A stretch of 63,474 bases of DNA, the filler included. It is 5 parts of 5 records of this genome, joined end to end, with 100 filler letters (N's around TTAATTAATTAA, not from the genome) between each part and the next. Parts side by side here need not be neighbours in the genome. Positions count along the whole stretch, not along the records: positions 24,106 to 39,218 come from DRR723986_8759; positions 39,319 to 48,041 come from DRR723986_8760; 3 more parts are not named here. One strand, given 5' to 3'. The stretch's first letter is position 1; each line of letters begins with the position of its first letter. Made by a program: the position numbers and the translations under genes. This document shows positions 31,763 to 40,539 of the stretch, piece by piece. The notes beneath the pieces are model-generated. The model searched no databases. It was not told the origin of the DNA and saw only the letters and a program-made list of their open reading frames with translations.

Positions 31763-32347
31763 ATGACCAGCGAAACAGTGAATTTTTACAACACCACTGC
31801 CAAGGAATATGTTTCCGACAAGGAGACGCCTAATCCCAGATTGCCTGCCTTCCTGGAGCGATGCAAAGCAAAGGGCAGAATTCTGGAACTGGGAACCGGA
31901 GGCGGTGTGGACGCCGAGGCCATACTCAAGTCCGGCTTCGTTCTGGATGCCACAGATGGCTCGTCCGAACTCGCTGCGATAGCTGCGCAACGGTTAGGCC
32001 AGCCGGTTCAGACCATGTTGTTTAACGAGCTTGATGCAGTTGAGCTTTATGACGGCGTCTATGCCTGCGCCGCACTAACTCACGCTCCAAGAGCCGACCT
32101 CGGCGATGTGGTTGAGAGAATTCATCGGGCGCTGCACGACAACGGGGTCGTTTGGGCCAGTTTCAAGGTTGGCACCAACGAAGGCACAGACGCGTTTGGT
32201 CGCTACTACAATCTTCTGCCTCACGACGAACTGACTGCGATCTGGCGAGAAGCGGCAACCTGGAGCATCCTGGAAACAGAAACCTGGTTGGGAAGTGGTT
32301 ACGACCGCAGACCAACCCAATGGGCCGCCATCACCGCGATCAAATAA
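31763..32347 (+). CDS. Class I SAM-dependent methyltransferase
   Basis: ILELGTGGG, DGSSEL and YDGVYACAAL motifs. Confidence 0.8.
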   Translation: MTSETVNFYNTTAKEYVSDKETPNPRLPAFLERCKAKGRILELGTGGGVDAEAILKSGFVLDATDGSSELAAIAAQRLGQPVQTMLFNELDAVELYDGVYACAALTHAPRADLGDVVERIHRALHDNGVVWASFKVGTNEGTDAFGRYYNLLPHDELTAIWREAATWSILETETWLGSGYDRRPTQWAAITAIK

Positions 32348-32556
32348 CGTCCGTTGAGGCAGGCTGTGCCTGCAGGCTTGCGCCGCGAGCTTTCCACATC
32401 ACGCAAGATCTGCTCAATCCCTCTTCACGCAGTTCGGATCGCATCCCCTCCACATCCTGAGGACTTTGCAATCCTCTGGATGTGGACATCATCCGGGGGG
32501 CGGAATTTCCATGGTGCTGAGGCCGGGTTTGAGGCTGAAACCGGGACAGGGCCCGA

Positions 32557-33828
32557 TCAGTTCGGCTTGGTATCCGGAACCACTTCGGTTTCGATCGGAC
32601 CAACACCAGCGCCTTCTTCTGAAGCTTTCGGACCGAAGGGTACCCAACGCTTGAAGAAGCTTCCGACAGAGCTGCCGCCCGACTGGTCCTGCGGGGCAAA
32701 GGCGGTCTCGACCGCCGAGCCCGGCCGCCGCTGTGCCGCCGGAGCCGCTTCTGCAGGAACTGCAGCCGTCGCCGTTTCGGCGGCGGGCTGTACCTCAGGC
32801 GTAACCGTCTCGGCCGCGGCAACAGCCGGGTTGGTGTCGTCCTCACCACCGCCGAGCGCTTCGGCAAGCCGGTTGGAGCGCTCTTCCCAGCGCTTCTGGC
32901 GCTCGTCACGAGCATCGAAGCGGGCAGCAAGCTGCTGGTATTTCTCGTTGTCGCGGCGCTGCTTGGAGGCAACTGCCGTCGCGATGCTCGGGCTCACCTG
33001 ATAGTCGGGGCATTTGGCGCTGGCCCGGAAGGGCACGCCTTCCACCAGCGTGGTTGCATCGAACACGTATTTCTTCTCGCAGACGGAAATCTGCGGCGGG
33101 GTCTGCGTGATCTCGAAATGGTCGTAGCCGGTCTTCAGCATTTTCCAGAATTCCATGTGCTCGCTGTCGCGGTGGCGAGCCATGTTTTCCGGCGTCATGC
33201 GGAAGGGAAAGGCCTGGACCTGGAAGGAGCGCTGACCACCCTTGAAGCTGTCGCGGGCAAGCGCGTAGATGTCCTGGACCTGCTCGTCCGTCATCGCGTA
33301 GCAGCCACGGGACGAACAGGCGCCATGCACCATCAGATGCGAGCCGGTGCGGCCGTGGGAGCGGTCATAGGAATTCGGGTAACCGAGGTTGAAAGCCAGG
33401 TGATAACTGGAATTCGGATTCATCAGGGCAGGCGTGATTTCGTAGAAGCCTTCCGGGGCCTGACGGTCGCCTTCCTTGAACTTCGGGCCGAGCTTGCCGG
33501 ACCATTTGCAGATCTCGAACTCGTCCAGAAGCTGGTACTTGCCCGTGCGCGTCTGTTTCCAGACTTCCAGAGCACTTTCTTCCTTGAAGATCCGGATCAT
33601 GATCGGCGAGGTCGAGCTCATGTTGAGATCGTTCATCTTGCGCTTGATCGACGCGCTGACAGGCTGCTGCGCCTTGTTGGGGCCTGCAGTGAATTCGTCT
33701 GCCTGGCAAGCCGCCAGCACACCGGCAATCATCAGCGCCGCACCAAGACGGGCTGCCTTGCGGCCACTCAAGCCGCTGTTGCCAAGAAGAAGGCCGGCTG
33801 GCGTGTTCATAAGGCGCCGAAAGACCAT
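32557..33828 (-). CDS. YafK/DpaA-like L,D-transpeptidase family lipoprotein
   Basis: Lipobox LAAC, IRIFKEE, GPKFKEGDRQAPEGFY and MVHGACSSRGCY; likely start is 33828. Confidence 0.85.
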   Translation of the reverse strand: MVFRRLMNTPAGLLLGNSGLSGRKAARLGAALMIAGVLAACQADEFTAGPNKAQQPVSASIKRKMNDLNMSSTSPIMIRIFKEESALEVWKQTRTGKYQLLDEFEICKWSGKLGPKFKEGDRQAPEGFYEITPALMNPNSSYHLAFNLGYPNSYDRSHGRTGSHLMVHGACSSRGCYAMTDEQVQDIYALARDSFKGGQRSFQVQAFPFRMTPENMARHRDSEHMEFWKMLKTGYDHFEITQTPPQISVCEKKYVFDATTLVEGVPFRASAKCPDYQVSPSIATAVASKQRRDNEKYQQLAARFDARDERQKRWEERSNRLAEALGGGEDDTNPAVAAAETVTPEVQPAAETATAAVPAEAAPAAQRRPGSAVETAFAPQDQSGGSSVGSFFKRWVPFGPKASEEGAGVGPIETEVVPDTKPN

Positions 33829-34060
33829 GATACTGTCCCAAACTAAGCGGAAACCGACAAAGGCAAACGAACTGCCTTGCCGCACTTCCTGCGTCCTCGC
33901 CCCCGCGCAAAGGCTAGGGAATGATGGTTGACGATAAGTTACTGAAACCGGATTGTGCCTGCGACCAAAATTATGGTGATAGGAACAAAAACTTGCCCAA
34001 GCGTCATCTTGTGCGTCCCAACTTCGCCTGAATGACGGCAAATTCTGGCCACAGGATGGC

Positions 34061-34086
34061 AAAAAGGCCGCTTTTACGGCGGCCTT
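34061..34086 (-). terminator. Intrinsic terminator after accA
   Basis: AAGGCCGC-N7-GCGGCCTT stem with an A-tract (T-tract on the minus strand). Confidence 0.6.
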
Positions 34087-34171
34087 GCATCGTTTTTCCC
34101 GAAATACAGCAGTTTGGTGAACAGCGCGGTTACCAGCGTGGCGATATCGCCGAACCCGGCAACCGGAAGAC

Positions 34172-35131
34172 CTAGCTTAGGGTTCTGCCGATAGCGATGA
34201 ATTTTTCGCGCCGCTGCTTGCGTATTTCATCCGGCGACAGGCCTGCCAACTCTTTCAGCGCAGATTCGATCGCCTTGCCCGCGTTGTCGATAACGATTTC
34301 GCGTGCACGGTGCGCACCGCCGACAGGCTCCTTGATGATGTCGTCGATGACACCGAGCTGCTTGAGATCCTGTGCGGTGATCTTCAGTGCGGTCGCAGCG
34401 TCCTGCGCCTTGGCGCTGTCGCGCCACAAGATGGAGGCGGCGCCTTCCGGTGAAATCACCGAATAGATCGCGTGTTCCATCATGAGAACCTTGTTGGCGG
34501 TCGCGATCGCGATCGCGCCACCGGAGCCGCCTTCGCCAATGACGACGGAAACGGACGGCGTTCCAAGGCCGAGGCCGACATCCGTCGAGCGGGCGATGGC
34601 TTCGGACTGGCCGCGCTCTTCAGCCCCGCGTCCCGGATAGGCGCCGGAGGTGTCGACAAAGGTGATCAGCGGCAGGCCGAAACGTTCGGCCATTTCCATG
34701 ACCCGGACTGCCTTGCGGTAACCTTCCGGACGGACCATGCCGAAGTTGTGCTTCAGACGCGTTTCGGTGTCGTGGCCTTTTTCCTGAGCCAGAACAGCCA
34801 CCGACTGACCGCGAAAACGACCGATACCGGCGATCAGCGCCGCATCTTCGGCGAACTTCCTGTCACCGGCTAGCGGCGTGAAATCTTCGATCAGACCGGC
34901 GATATAGGCAACGGCATGCGGGCGATCGGGATGGCGGGCAACGAGCGTTTTCTGCCAGGGCGTCAGTTTGGCGTAGAGGTCCTGCAGCGTTTGCGAGGAT
35001 TTCGTTTTCAGCCGGTCGATTTCACTGTCGACATTGACGGCTTCGCCATCTTCCCCGGCCAGAGCGCGCAGCTCCTGGATCTTGCCTTCAATGTCTGCAA
35101 CGGGCTTTTCGAATTCCAAATAGCTGTGCAT
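34172..35131 (-). CDS. accA: Acetyl-CoA carboxylase carboxyltransferase alpha
   Basis: [29 protein letters not shown] and YSVISPEG motifs. Confidence 0.96.
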   Translation of the reverse strand: MHSYLEFEKPVADIEGKIQELRALAGEDGEAVNVDSEIDRLKTKSSQTLQDLYAKLTPWQKTLVARHPDRPHAVAYIAGLIEDFTPLAGDRKFAEDAALIAGIGRFRGQSVAVLAQEKGHDTETRLKHNFGMVRPEGYRKAVRVMEMAERFGLPLITFVDTSGAYPGRGAEERGQSEAIARSTDVGLGLGTPSVSVVIGEGGSGGAIAIATANKVLMMEHAIYSVISPEGAASILWRDSAKAQDAATALKITAQDLKQLGVIDDIIKEPVGGAHRAREIVIDNAGKAIESALKELAGLSPDEIRKQRREKFIAIGRTLS

Positions 35132-35450
35132 TTACTCGGTTACCTGAAACAAGCCGGCACCGCCTTACGTCCGGCGGCCGCTCCGGAAATTCTGTCACAA
35201 GATCGAAGGATTACCAGCCGAAAGCGACCAGCCACCCGAATGTCGATCATTTCAAAGACGTTCAAGCATCTTTGCCGCGTCTGAACAACGCAAGATGCTC
35301 CAGGCAACGCAAGCGTGCCTGAACGCATAGTTGGAGGGCTGTATCAAGAGACGCAAGTGGGCGCAAGTCTCGGTGTGCCGGCAAACAGGGATTGAAAGCC
35401 TCTCGCGCCCGGCAAACCCTTCCCGGATTTTTGCCGGAAAGGGCCGGTGA

Positions 35451-36284
35451 TCAGTCGACGGATGCCTGATCGCTGCCGGCACCGTCGATCTTGAGCTTGT
35501 CAGCTTCCACGATCAGGCGACCGTTCTTGGTGTCGATGGAAATCCGGTAGGGGACGAGCACGTTGTCACGGCCCATCGGCGCAACCCACACTTCCATGTT
35601 GGCCTGGGCCATGTATTTGACCGAATCCTTGGACGGGCGGTGCCCGGCCACAGGTACCCAACGGGCCTTGCAGACAACGACCTGGCCGTCATAGCCGTGG
35701 CCCGAGACTTCCTTCGTGCCGGAATAGCTCAGCTTGATATCGAACCGTGTCCAGCCGTCGAACACCGGCAGACGACGCGAACAGGCCTTCGGGCCGAGAC
35801 TGTCCTTGGCACGGCCCACCGGCATCAGAGCGGCGCTCAGCGGATCGATCGCATTGCGCGTATGCCGATCCGTCACCTTGATCCGCTCCGGATTGGGCTT
35901 GAACTGCGGCGCGACTTCCATTGAGCGGATGGACCCGGAGCCCTGGCTCAGGTTGACGTAGAAATCGAGATTGGAGGCGTGCGACGCCATCCTGTATTTC
36001 GACGGTACGACGCGCGAACCGACCATCCAGCCGGATGCTTCCGCCCCACCCTTGCCGGTGGTGAACAGCGTGCCGATCCCTGCCGGCTCCAGGCTGACCT
36101 TGGCCGAATAGGCATTGCCCTGCATGACGAGCGACAGCGTTCCGCGCCCGACCTTGAAGCCGGCAATCGAAATATTGTAAAGGCCGCCGACGCTGTTTTT
36201 CTTGGCTTCCGCCGGTGTCGTCAGCAGCGCCGCAGCAAGCATTGGCAGGGCGACCAGCCGCCCGAGAGACATCAAACCAAACAC
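35451..36284 (-). CDS. DUF3108 family exported protein
   Basis: Signal peptide, DPLSA, C.RRLPVFDG..RFD and C.ARWVPVAGH motifs. Confidence 0.75.
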   Translation of the reverse strand: MFGLMSLGRLVALPMLAAALLTTPAEAKKNSVGGLYNISIAGFKVGRGTLSLVMQGNAYSAKVSLEPAGIGTLFTTGKGGAEASGWMVGSRVVPSKYRMASHASNLDFYVNLSQGSGSIRSMEVAPQFKPNPERIKVTDRHTRNAIDPLSAALMPVGRAKDSLGPKACSRRLPVFDGWTRFDIKLSYSGTKEVSGHGYDGQVVVCKARWVPVAGHRPSKDSVKYMAQANMEVWVAPMGRDNVLVPYRISIDTKNGRLIVEADKLKIDGAGSDQASVD

Positions 36285-36474
36285 TTCAAAACCTCCGGAC
36301 TGCCGTCTGGCAGCGAATTGCGCCCCCGCGCCATGAGTGTTCCGCGACGGAAAGATACCATAAATCCCGCTCGATGAACGACCCCAATCATTCTAAATTA
36401 TGGTAACTCAGTGGTTAACAGCCGGGCGTCCTGCAAATAAAAGCAGTGAATCTCCGCAAAGCGGCGGAGATGTC

Positions 36475-36503
36475 TTGACGTTGGCCTTCACTCCCATTAT
36501 AGC
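36475..36503 (+). promoter_or_regulatory. sigma70 promoter of rpmB
   Basis: TTGACG-N17-TATAGC, about 120 nt upstream of rpmB. Confidence 0.6.
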
Positions 36504-36624
36504 GGGGCAACTTTTTCCGAGAAATGCCGGAGACGATGTCGCCGGGCCTCAGGTCCGCGCCGGTTCCGGTTGGACTTGCTGGGTTCAAAGTAACGGCCCA
36601 GCCACGAAAACAAAAGGTGATATC

Positions 36625-36921
36625 ATGGCACGCCGTTGCGAACTCTCCGGCAAAGATGTGATGACGGGCAACAACGTCTCCCACGCTAACAACAAGTCCC
36701 GCCGCCGGTTCCTGCCGAACCTGTGCAACGTGTCCCTCATCAGCGACACGCTCGGCGAAACCTTCAAGCTGAAGGTCTGCGCACACGCACTGCGCTCCGT
36801 CGAACACCGTGGTGGCCTGGACGCATACCTGATGAAGGCAAGCGACGCGGACCTGTCCGATGCTGCTCGCAAGATCAAGGTCGACATCAAGCGCAAGCAG
36901 GCTGAAGCCGCTGCCGCTTAA
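36625..36921 (+). CDS. rpmB: 50S ribosomal protein L28
   Basis: [39 protein letters not shown]. Confidence 0.97.
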   Translation: MARRCELSGKDVMTGNNVSHANNKSRRRFLPNLCNVSLISDTLGETFKLKVCAHALRSVEHRGGLDAYLMKASDADLSDAARKIKVDIKRKQAEAAAA

Positions 36922-37037
36922 GGCCTGAAGCGCCTGCACGACTCGTTCCGGCAGCAGGCAGCTCGCATACTTGCAAAGAACCTTTTCAGGACGCCCAATC
37001 GATATCGGTTGGGCGTCTGTCGTTATGAGGTGAACAC

Positions 37038-37703
37038 ATGACCGAAACCCGGACCTTTTCCGCGAGCCATCACGTAGTCGCCATTCTGGCAATGGCGGCT
37101 GTTGTCGTTGCATCCAACTTTCTGGTCCAGTTCCCGGTCGAGCATTTCATCGGCGGCGTCAATCTTGCCGATACGCTCACGTGGGGTGCGTTCACCTACC
37201 CGGTCGCCTTCCTGGTGACCGATCTCACCAACCGCCGCTTCGGCCCGACCGCCGCTCGCAAGGTTGTGATCGCCGGCTTCCTGATTGCCGTGATCCTGTC
37301 GGTCTGGCTGGCGACGCCCCGCATTGCCATCGCCTCCGGCACGGCGTTCCTGGTCGCGCAATTGCTGGACGTAACCATATTCGACCGCATGCGAAAGCTG
37401 GCCTGGTGGAAAGCGCCGATCACCTCTTCCTTCATCGGCTCGGTAATCGACACGCTCCTGTTCTTCGGCATCGCCTTTTCCGCCAGCTTTGCCTTCATCG
37501 ACGGCCTGTTCGGGATGGACGACAGCTCGCTCGCCTTCCCGGTGCCCTTCCTGGGCATCAGCGACGATACCCAGGCGCTGCTGTGGGTGTCCCTGGCCGT
37601 GGGAGACTTCCTGGTCAAGATGCTGGTTGCCGTCGCCCTGCTCGCCCCTTACCGCATCGTGCTCGGCCTGTTTCAGGCCATGCCGAAGGGAACTGCCGCC
37701 TAG
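37038..37703 (+). CDS. yhhQ: Queuosine precursor transporter (YhhQ/VUT family)
   Basis: ASNFLVQ, TWGAFTYP..FLVTDLTNR and AFLVAQLLD motifs. Confidence 0.85.
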   Translation: MTETRTFSASHHVVAILAMAAVVVASNFLVQFPVEHFIGGVNLADTLTWGAFTYPVAFLVTDLTNRRFGPTAARKVVIAGFLIAVILSVWLATPRIAIASGTAFLVAQLLDVTIFDRMRKLAWWKAPITSSFIGSVIDTLLFFGIAFSASFAFIDGLFGMDDSSLAFPVPFLGISDDTQALLWVSLAVGDFLVKMLVAVALLAPYRIVLGLFQAMPKGTAA

Positions 37704-37773
37704 GCACCAGGCGCGAAAAAGGCGGGGTTGGTCGTCCGGGGATCGACTTGCCGGGCAGAAGTGCTCCCGCGCC

Positions 37774-38814
37774 TCAATCTTCCAGCCGAAACCTCAGGAA
37801 CAAGGTCCTCTGCAGGATCGAACGGTTGTTGTCGGAGACAAGCGTCAGGATTGTTTCACCGTTTTCATTGGTGTGAATACCCAGAGCTTCCATGTTGTCG
37901 ATCTGGGAGTTGAAGTCGGCCTCCAGCAGCAACTCGCCATCCAGAACGGCCCCGGCAGCAATGTCGGCTCCTTTGAACCGCCGCAGCCGCAGGCCGATCA
38001 GATCACGCAGGCTGAAGCGGCGCTCCACCAGAATCATGTCGCCGCCGGGCAGAAACGCCGCATCCGTCGCATCGAAGCGCTCATACCGGCGGATGGTGAA
38101 GCGTTCCGTGCCGTCCGGACCAATGATGAAGCCAGACAGATCATGCAGGTCGCTTGGCGCTGATTCCGCGACAGCCACGAGCTTGCCGGCCAACGGGCCG
38201 TCCTCCGGCCCGGCCGCCAGAGCTTCCAGTCCGGTGTTACGCGGCAGATCACGAATATCCTGCGGCAGCGCGACTTCGCCGATCATCCTTTCCTTGCCGG
38301 TCGAAATCGGCCACGGATATCGGTAGATGGCGTTGCGGGTTTCAGCAGTGACATAAAGACCGGAGCCCGACAGCGTCAGCGCCTCGGTATCATGACCCCA
38401 GCGTGCATCGAGCGTTTTGCCGTCGGCACCCAATAGCGGCGCGAAACGCAGGTCTTCGATCTCCGTCGGCTTGCCATCCGTTGTCTGCACGATTCGGCCG
38501 CTGACCCAATGTCCGTTGTCGGTGACCGCCAGAAACGCGCTTCCCCCGTCCAGACTGATCAGACCGGAAAGCCCGCCGACCTTGCGGTCCGCGGCTATCA
38601 GCTCCAGACCGCCAAGAAAAGTCAGCTTGCCGAAGGTCGTATCGGCAAGCCCTATGCGGAATGTGTCGATGGACCGGGTACGGGCCTTGACCGGCTGTCC
38701 GTCCGAAAGCAGCTCCGGCGCCCCGGCGGCGGCAGGCGCAGCAAACCAGAAAGTGGAGAGAAAGACGGCAGCCAGCGCGAAGCTGCCTGCCGAAAGACGC
38801 CTTTCTGCTCCCAT
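37774..38814 (-). CDS. Esterase-like activity of phytase family exported protein
   Basis: Signal peptide, GGLSG, VTDNG, DTEAL, DNMEAL and VSDNN motifs; typical neighbour of cobT. Confidence 0.8.
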   Translation of the reverse strand: MGAERRLSAGSFALAAVFLSTFWFAAPAAAGAPELLSDGQPVKARTRSIDTFRIGLADTTFGKLTFLGGLELIAADRKVGGLSGLISLDGGSAFLAVTDNGHWVSGRIVQTTDGKPTEIEDLRFAPLLGADGKTLDARWGHDTEALTLSGSGLYVTAETRNAIYRYPWPISTGKERMIGEVALPQDIRDLPRNTGLEALAAGPEDGPLAGKLVAVAESAPSDLHDLSGFIIGPDGTERFTIRRYERFDATDAAFLPGGDMILVERRFSLRDLIGLRLRRFKGADIAAGAVLDGELLLEADFNSQIDNMEALGIHTNENGETILTLVSDNNRSILQRTLFLRFRLED

Positions 38815-38833
38815 ATTTTCCAGATCCTGCCGA

Positions 38834-39218
38834 CTAACGATGACCCGCGCGGCGACGGCGGCCACGCGTGTTGAAGGAAGTGTCCACCTCGTCGTCGAAA
38901 AGGTTGGCAAGCTGGTCGGTCATGGCACCCGCCAGTTCTTCGGCATCGACAATGGTGACCGCCCGTCGGTAGTAGCGCGTGACGTCGTGTCCGATACCGA
39001 TGGCGATCAGCTCGACCGGCGACCGGGTCTCGATTTCCTCGATGACGTAGCGCAGGTGGCGCTCCAGATAGTTGCCCGGGTTGACCGAGAGCGTGGTGTC
39101 GTCCACCGGCGCGCCGTCGGAAATCATCATCAGGATGCGACGTTGTTCGGGCCGCGCCATCAGCCGGTCATGGGCCCACAGCAGGGCTTCGCCGTCGATG
39201 TTTTCCTTCAGCAGGCCT
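38834..39218 (-). CDS. cobT: Cobaltochelatase subunit CobT, C-terminal VWA fragment (5' truncated)
   Basis: [11 protein letters not shown]...[10 protein letters not shown]...[11 protein letters not shown]. Confidence 0.92.
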
Positions 39219-39318
39219 NNNNNNNNNNNNNNNNNNNNNNNNNNNNNNNNNNNNNNNNNNNNTTAATTAATTAANNNNNNNNNNNNNNNNNNNNNNNNNN
39301 NNNNNNNNNNNNNNNNNN
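39219..39318. other. Artificial contig linker
   Basis: N44-TTAATTAATTAA-N44. Confidence 0.99.
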
Positions 39319-40106
39319 TCACGGATCATGATTGTGCTCTGATCTTCGACGAGACCATGTTCAAAGCCGATACCGGCCTGACGGCCTCGGCGCTGAGCCA
39401 GTCCACCGGGCTGTCGGTGGACAACACCGAGGCCATTGGCGCGCTGTCGGATGCGTCGATCACCGAGGCAGATATCGAGGCGGGGCGTTTCGATGGGGCC
39501 GAGGTGGAGGCCTGGCTGGTCAACTGGCGCGCGCCGGAGAACCGGGTGTTGCAGTTCCGGGGCAGCTTTGGTGAGCTGGAACGTCAGGCGGGCGGGTTTC
39601 AGGTGGAATTGCGCGGGCTGGCCGAGGCGATGAACCGGCGGATGGGGCGCGTGTTTCAGCGCGGCTGTTCTGCGGTTCTGGGCGACGGGGCGTGCCGGTT
39701 CGACCTGGACACTCCGGGATACGCGCATGAAGGCACCGTGGATCGCGTAACGGACGGGCGGTTTCTGGAGTTTGACGGGCTGAACAGCTTTGAGCCGCGC
39801 TGGTTTGAACGGGGCCGGGTGCAGGTGCTGAGCGGTGCGGCCAAGGGGCTTGTGGGTGTCATCAAGAATGACCGCTACTCAGGCGATAGTCGCAAGGTCG
39901 AAGTCTGGGAAGCGTTTCGGGCCGATCTGCAACCAGGCGATTTTGTGCGGCTGGAAGCAGGCTGTGACAAGCGCATGGAAACCTGTCGGTTGAAGTTTTC
40001 CAACCTTCTGAATTTTCAAGGCTTTCCGGATATTCCCGGTGATGACTGGGTGATGGCCTATCCCGGTCGGGGCACCGGCAGCATGGATGGGGGCAGCCTG
40101 CGATGA
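39319..40106 (+). CDS. GTA baseplate hub protein g13 (DUF2163), 5' truncated
   Basis: TDHD, GLSVDN, GRFDGA, C.A.LGD..C and GCDKRMETCRLKFSNLLNFQGFP motifs. Confidence 0.9.
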
Positions 40107-40534
40107 GCGTCGTGGTTCAGGCCGCGCGTGGCTGGATCGGGACGCCGTATTTGCATCAATGTTCGACCCGAGGGGCGGGCTGTGACTGTCTTGGGCTGTT
40201 GCGTGGTGTTTGGCGCGAGGTGATGGGGCCAGAGCCCGAACAGATCCCCGCCTACACGCAGGATTGGTCCGAGCCGCAGGGCGAGGAACGGCTGTGGTGC
40301 GCGGCAATGCGGCATCTGACACCGAAACCACTGGCCGATGAGACCCCCGGCGACGTGTTGCTGTTCCGCATGCGGGCAGGCGCGGTTGCCAAGCATCTGG
40401 GGCTACAGGCCCGGACCGGGTCCGAGGCCAGCTTTGTCCATGCCTATAGCGGGCATGGCGTCGTGGAAAGCGCGCTGACGCCGCCGTGGGAGCGGCGGAT
40501 CGTGGCGCGGTTCGCATTTCCCGAAAGGAACTGA
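40103..40534 (+). CDS. GTA NlpC/P60 cell-wall peptidase g14
   Basis: ARGWIGTPYLHQ...GCDCLGLLRGVWRE...KHLG...HAY. Confidence 0.92.
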   Translation: MSVVVQAARGWIGTPYLHQCSTRGAGCDCLGLLRGVWREVMGPEPEQIPAYTQDWSEPQGEERLWCAAMRHLTPKPLADETPGDVLLFRMRAGAVAKHLGLQARTGSEASFVHAYSGHGVVESALTPPWERRIVARFAFPERN

Positions 40535-40539
40535 ACACT

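Noticed and set aside
36402-36420. Possible CtrA site upstream of DUF3108/rpmB
   Set aside because: The spacing is N8 with a mismatched half-site, which is too weak to call.
36922-37037. Possible preQ1 riboswitch upstream of yhhQ
   Set aside because: No preQ1-I core or A-rich tail is visible; only a simple hairpin is present.
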